A stretch of DNA of 17,823 bases from Thermoproteus sp. GTDB taxonomy: Archaea > Thermoproteota > Thermoprotei > Thermoproteales > Thermoproteaceae. How positions within the stretch are numbered: the stretch's first letter is position 1; each line of letters begins with the position of its first letter. The stretch covers positions 1-17,823 of the forward strand of contig JBMFIG010000028.1 in the NCBI GenBank assembly GCA_049976425.1, read 5' to 3'. The translations under genes were made by a program, and so were the position numbers. The notes beneath the pieces are model-generated. The model did not search any database and was not told where the DNA came from. It was given only the letters and a program-made list of their open reading frames with translations. Below, one piece after another: positions 15,975-17,823 of this stretch.

Positions 15975-17284
15975 GCAGAGACTGGCTTAGGCGCAGGCTC
16001 GGCGTATTCGACATATACTCATTGGTCCACGCAGACAGCCAGTCGACGTTCTACTTCGTGTTGGGCGTCATAGCGGCCGAGGCGGGGAGGCAGACCTTCC
16101 TGGTGGTGCTATACGGCACAGCGCTGATGGTGGCTATAGCGTTGGCCTACGGCGAGATGGGCTCCCGATTCCCGGAGACGGGCGGATCCTACCTGTACGT
16201 CAAGACAGCTTTAGGAAGCACCGCCGGTTTCTTCTCCGCATGGCTCCTCGCCTTCGACCAAGCGGTGATGGTGGCGTACGGCTCTCTCGACGGCGTTCTG
16301 TACATAGCAAATATGTTGTCTTACTACGGGATCTCGGTGCCCTACATAGCCGCGAGGGCTTTCTCGTTCTTGGTGGCCCTAGGCCTCTTCGTGCTCGCGC
16401 TGGTCGGCATAAAGGAGTCGGCGAGGGCCTCCGTCCTGATCGCAACACTGGACATAATACTAATAGGCCTCTTGACGGTGGCGTTAGGCCTCGCCTTGGA
16501 GCTGAGGACGTATCCGCCCTACTTCTCGTGGGGAGATGTCGACGCAAAGGATATATGGGCCGGCTTATCCTATGCGTCGAGGGGATATACGGGCATGGAT
16601 GCAATAGGCCAGCTGGCTGGCGAGGCGGAGATGCCTCTGGTCCAAGTCCCGCGGGCGGCGATCCTCGCGGCTGGCCTGGGCGCCGCATACGGCATAGGCC
16701 TAACGGCGTTGTTGATGAACGGCGTGGCGTACTCGGCGGTGGTCTCTAACCCCGCCACCGCCGTGGTTGAGATAGCGGCTGCCTCGTCCTACGGCAGATG
16801 GCTCGTCTTGCCCGTGGGTATCGTCACTGCCGTGGTTCAGATAATGGCCGCGCTCGCGGGCTTCGTGGCCTTTTCCCGTCTGCTTTATAGACTCGCGGAG
16901 GAGCGGCTATTGCCTCAAGCGTTCTCTAGAGTACACCGCAAATTCAGGACGCCGCATGTATCGCTCATCCTATCGGCGGCTATAGCCCTCGCCTTATTGG
17001 CCCCGGGCGAGGTCTACTTAATAGTGGACGTCTACGCCGTATCGTCACTGGTGAACTACTTGATGGTCTCCCTAGCGCTTCTGATCGAGACCCGGCGCGG
17101 CGAGCTTTACGGAGCGATGAGGTCGCCCACAATAAGAGGGATCTCGATAGTGGGCGCCGCTGGCGCGGTCATGACGGCGATAGGTCTAGCGCTGTCGGCT
17201 ATTGTGAGATTCGGCGAGCTCTGGATTATAGGCCTGTGGGCTCTGGCCGGCGCCCTTCTGCTAGCTCTTCGACGCAAGAAGTGA
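15971..17284 (+). CDS. APC superfamily permease (KimA/YdaO-like acidic motifs)
   Basis: 437 aa, about 12 TM. 'LAYGEMGSRFPETGGSYLY', 'VGIKESAR', 'YTGMDAIGQLAGE', 'SRLLY', 'VHRKFRTPH'. ATGA overlap with the RCK gene stop. Confidence 0.88.
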   Translation: MSRDWLRRRLGVFDIYSLVHADSQSTFYFVLGVIAAEAGRQTFLVVLYGTALMVAIALAYGEMGSRFPETGGSYLYVKTALGSTAGFFSAWLLAFDQAVMVAYGSLDGVLYIANMLSYYGISVPYIAARAFSFLVALGLFVLALVGIKESARASVLIATLDIILIGLLTVALGLALELRTYPPYFSWGDVDAKDIWAGLSYASRGYTGMDAIGQLAGEAEMPLVQVPRAAILAAGLGAAYGIGLTALLMNGVAYSAVVSNPATAVVEIAAASSYGRWLVLPVGIVTAVVQIMAALAGFVAFSRLLYRLAEERLLPQAFSRVHRKFRTPHVSLILSAAIALALLAPGEVYLIVDVYAVSSLVNYLMVSLALLIETRRGELYGAMRSPTIRGISIVGAAGAVMTAIGLALSAIVRFGELWIIGLWALAGALLLALRRKK

Positions 17285-17823
17285 ATATGCCTTATCAAGC
17301 AACGCGTACCTGACCTCCTCCTCCCTCCTCGGATCTCTCAATATGCCGCGCGCGGCCAATACGACGCCTCTATAGCCTATGTGATCCACGTCGATTCTGA
17401 AGTTCTCGACCCCATATTCCGAGGCGACGGACCCTAGCTCGGCTCTGAGTTTATTTACATCTATTTTATACGGCATATACATATATACCCTAATTTCATG
17501 TCCTTCTTCTATTTTTACCAAATTAAATGATTCATGTATTAATTTAGTGTAAGGTATGTGGACTAGGTTGCGCCGGAAGTCTCTGACGACCAGGGCGGTC
17601 GGCCTCATGGCGACTACGTAGCCCGCCGTCCTGCCCACCTGTATGTAATCGCCTATGTGGATGCCGTGCACCCTAGAGACGACGATCCCCGTGAAGTACT
17701 CCTCTACCATGTGCCTAAGCGCTATCAGGAGGCCGGCCAGAGCAAACGCCAGGAATAGGACCATCAAGAAGAAGAGAGCATAGACGTTGTAAGCCAAGGT
17801 CTCCACGCCCAAGAAGATCACGG
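17261..17823 (-). CDS. Small-conductance mechanosensitive channel (MscS family), 5' end outside window
   Basis: TM helix, then 'EEYFTGIVV...IHIGDYIQVGRTAGYVVAMRPTALVVRDFRRNLVHIPYTKL', the MscS TM3/beta-domain signature. The frame runs to the window edge. Confidence 0.82.
   Translation of the reverse strand, partial: VIFLGVETLAYNVYALFFLMVLFLAFALAGLLIALRHMVEEYFTGIVVSRVHGIHIGDYIQVGRTAGYVVAMRPTALVVRDFRRNLVHIPYTKLIHESFNLVKIEEGHEIRVYMYMPYKIDVNKLRAELGSVASEYGVENFRIDVDHIGYRGVVLAARGILRDPRREEEVRYALLDKAYSLLASKS

Noticed and set aside
1-17823. CRISPR array, tRNA, rRNA, transposase or integrase
   Set aside because: No regularly spaced repeats, cloverleaf or T-loop signatures, or recombinase motifs were seen. 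Intergenic gaps are 180 bp or less. A heavily intron-split tRNA cannot be fully excluded by eye.

Overview
GC-rich, densely packed archaeal chromosome segment. The gene content (PaREP1, gatE, nop5-fibrillarin, archaemetzincin), frequent GTG starts and TATA-like elements about 20-30 bp before start codons (leaderless pattern) point to Thermoproteaceae (Thermoproteus/Pyrobaculum-like); this is an inference. Most of it is core housekeeping: a translation/RNA-processing block (tyrS, DUF371, SAM methyltransferase, RNase Z, rsmA, gatE, nop5, fibrillarin), moeA-mobB, an MFS transporter, a glycerophosphodiester phosphodiesterase, archaemetzincin and a pyrimidine-dimer glycosylase-like gene. No CRISPR array, rRNA, tRNA or transposase is visible. 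The best leads are: (1) a coupled RCK(TrkA-like)-APC permease pair whose permease keeps KimA-like acidic residues, converging on mscS, suggesting a possible K+/osmotic module; (2) a divergent M48-like membrane protease whose 3' end is a 110-bp tract of about 11% GC containing palindromes; (3) a long G-U-rich hairpin upstream of PaREP1 that may be an ncRNA. All product calls come from motif recognition; no database search was run. Several starts were trimmed relative to the ORF track.
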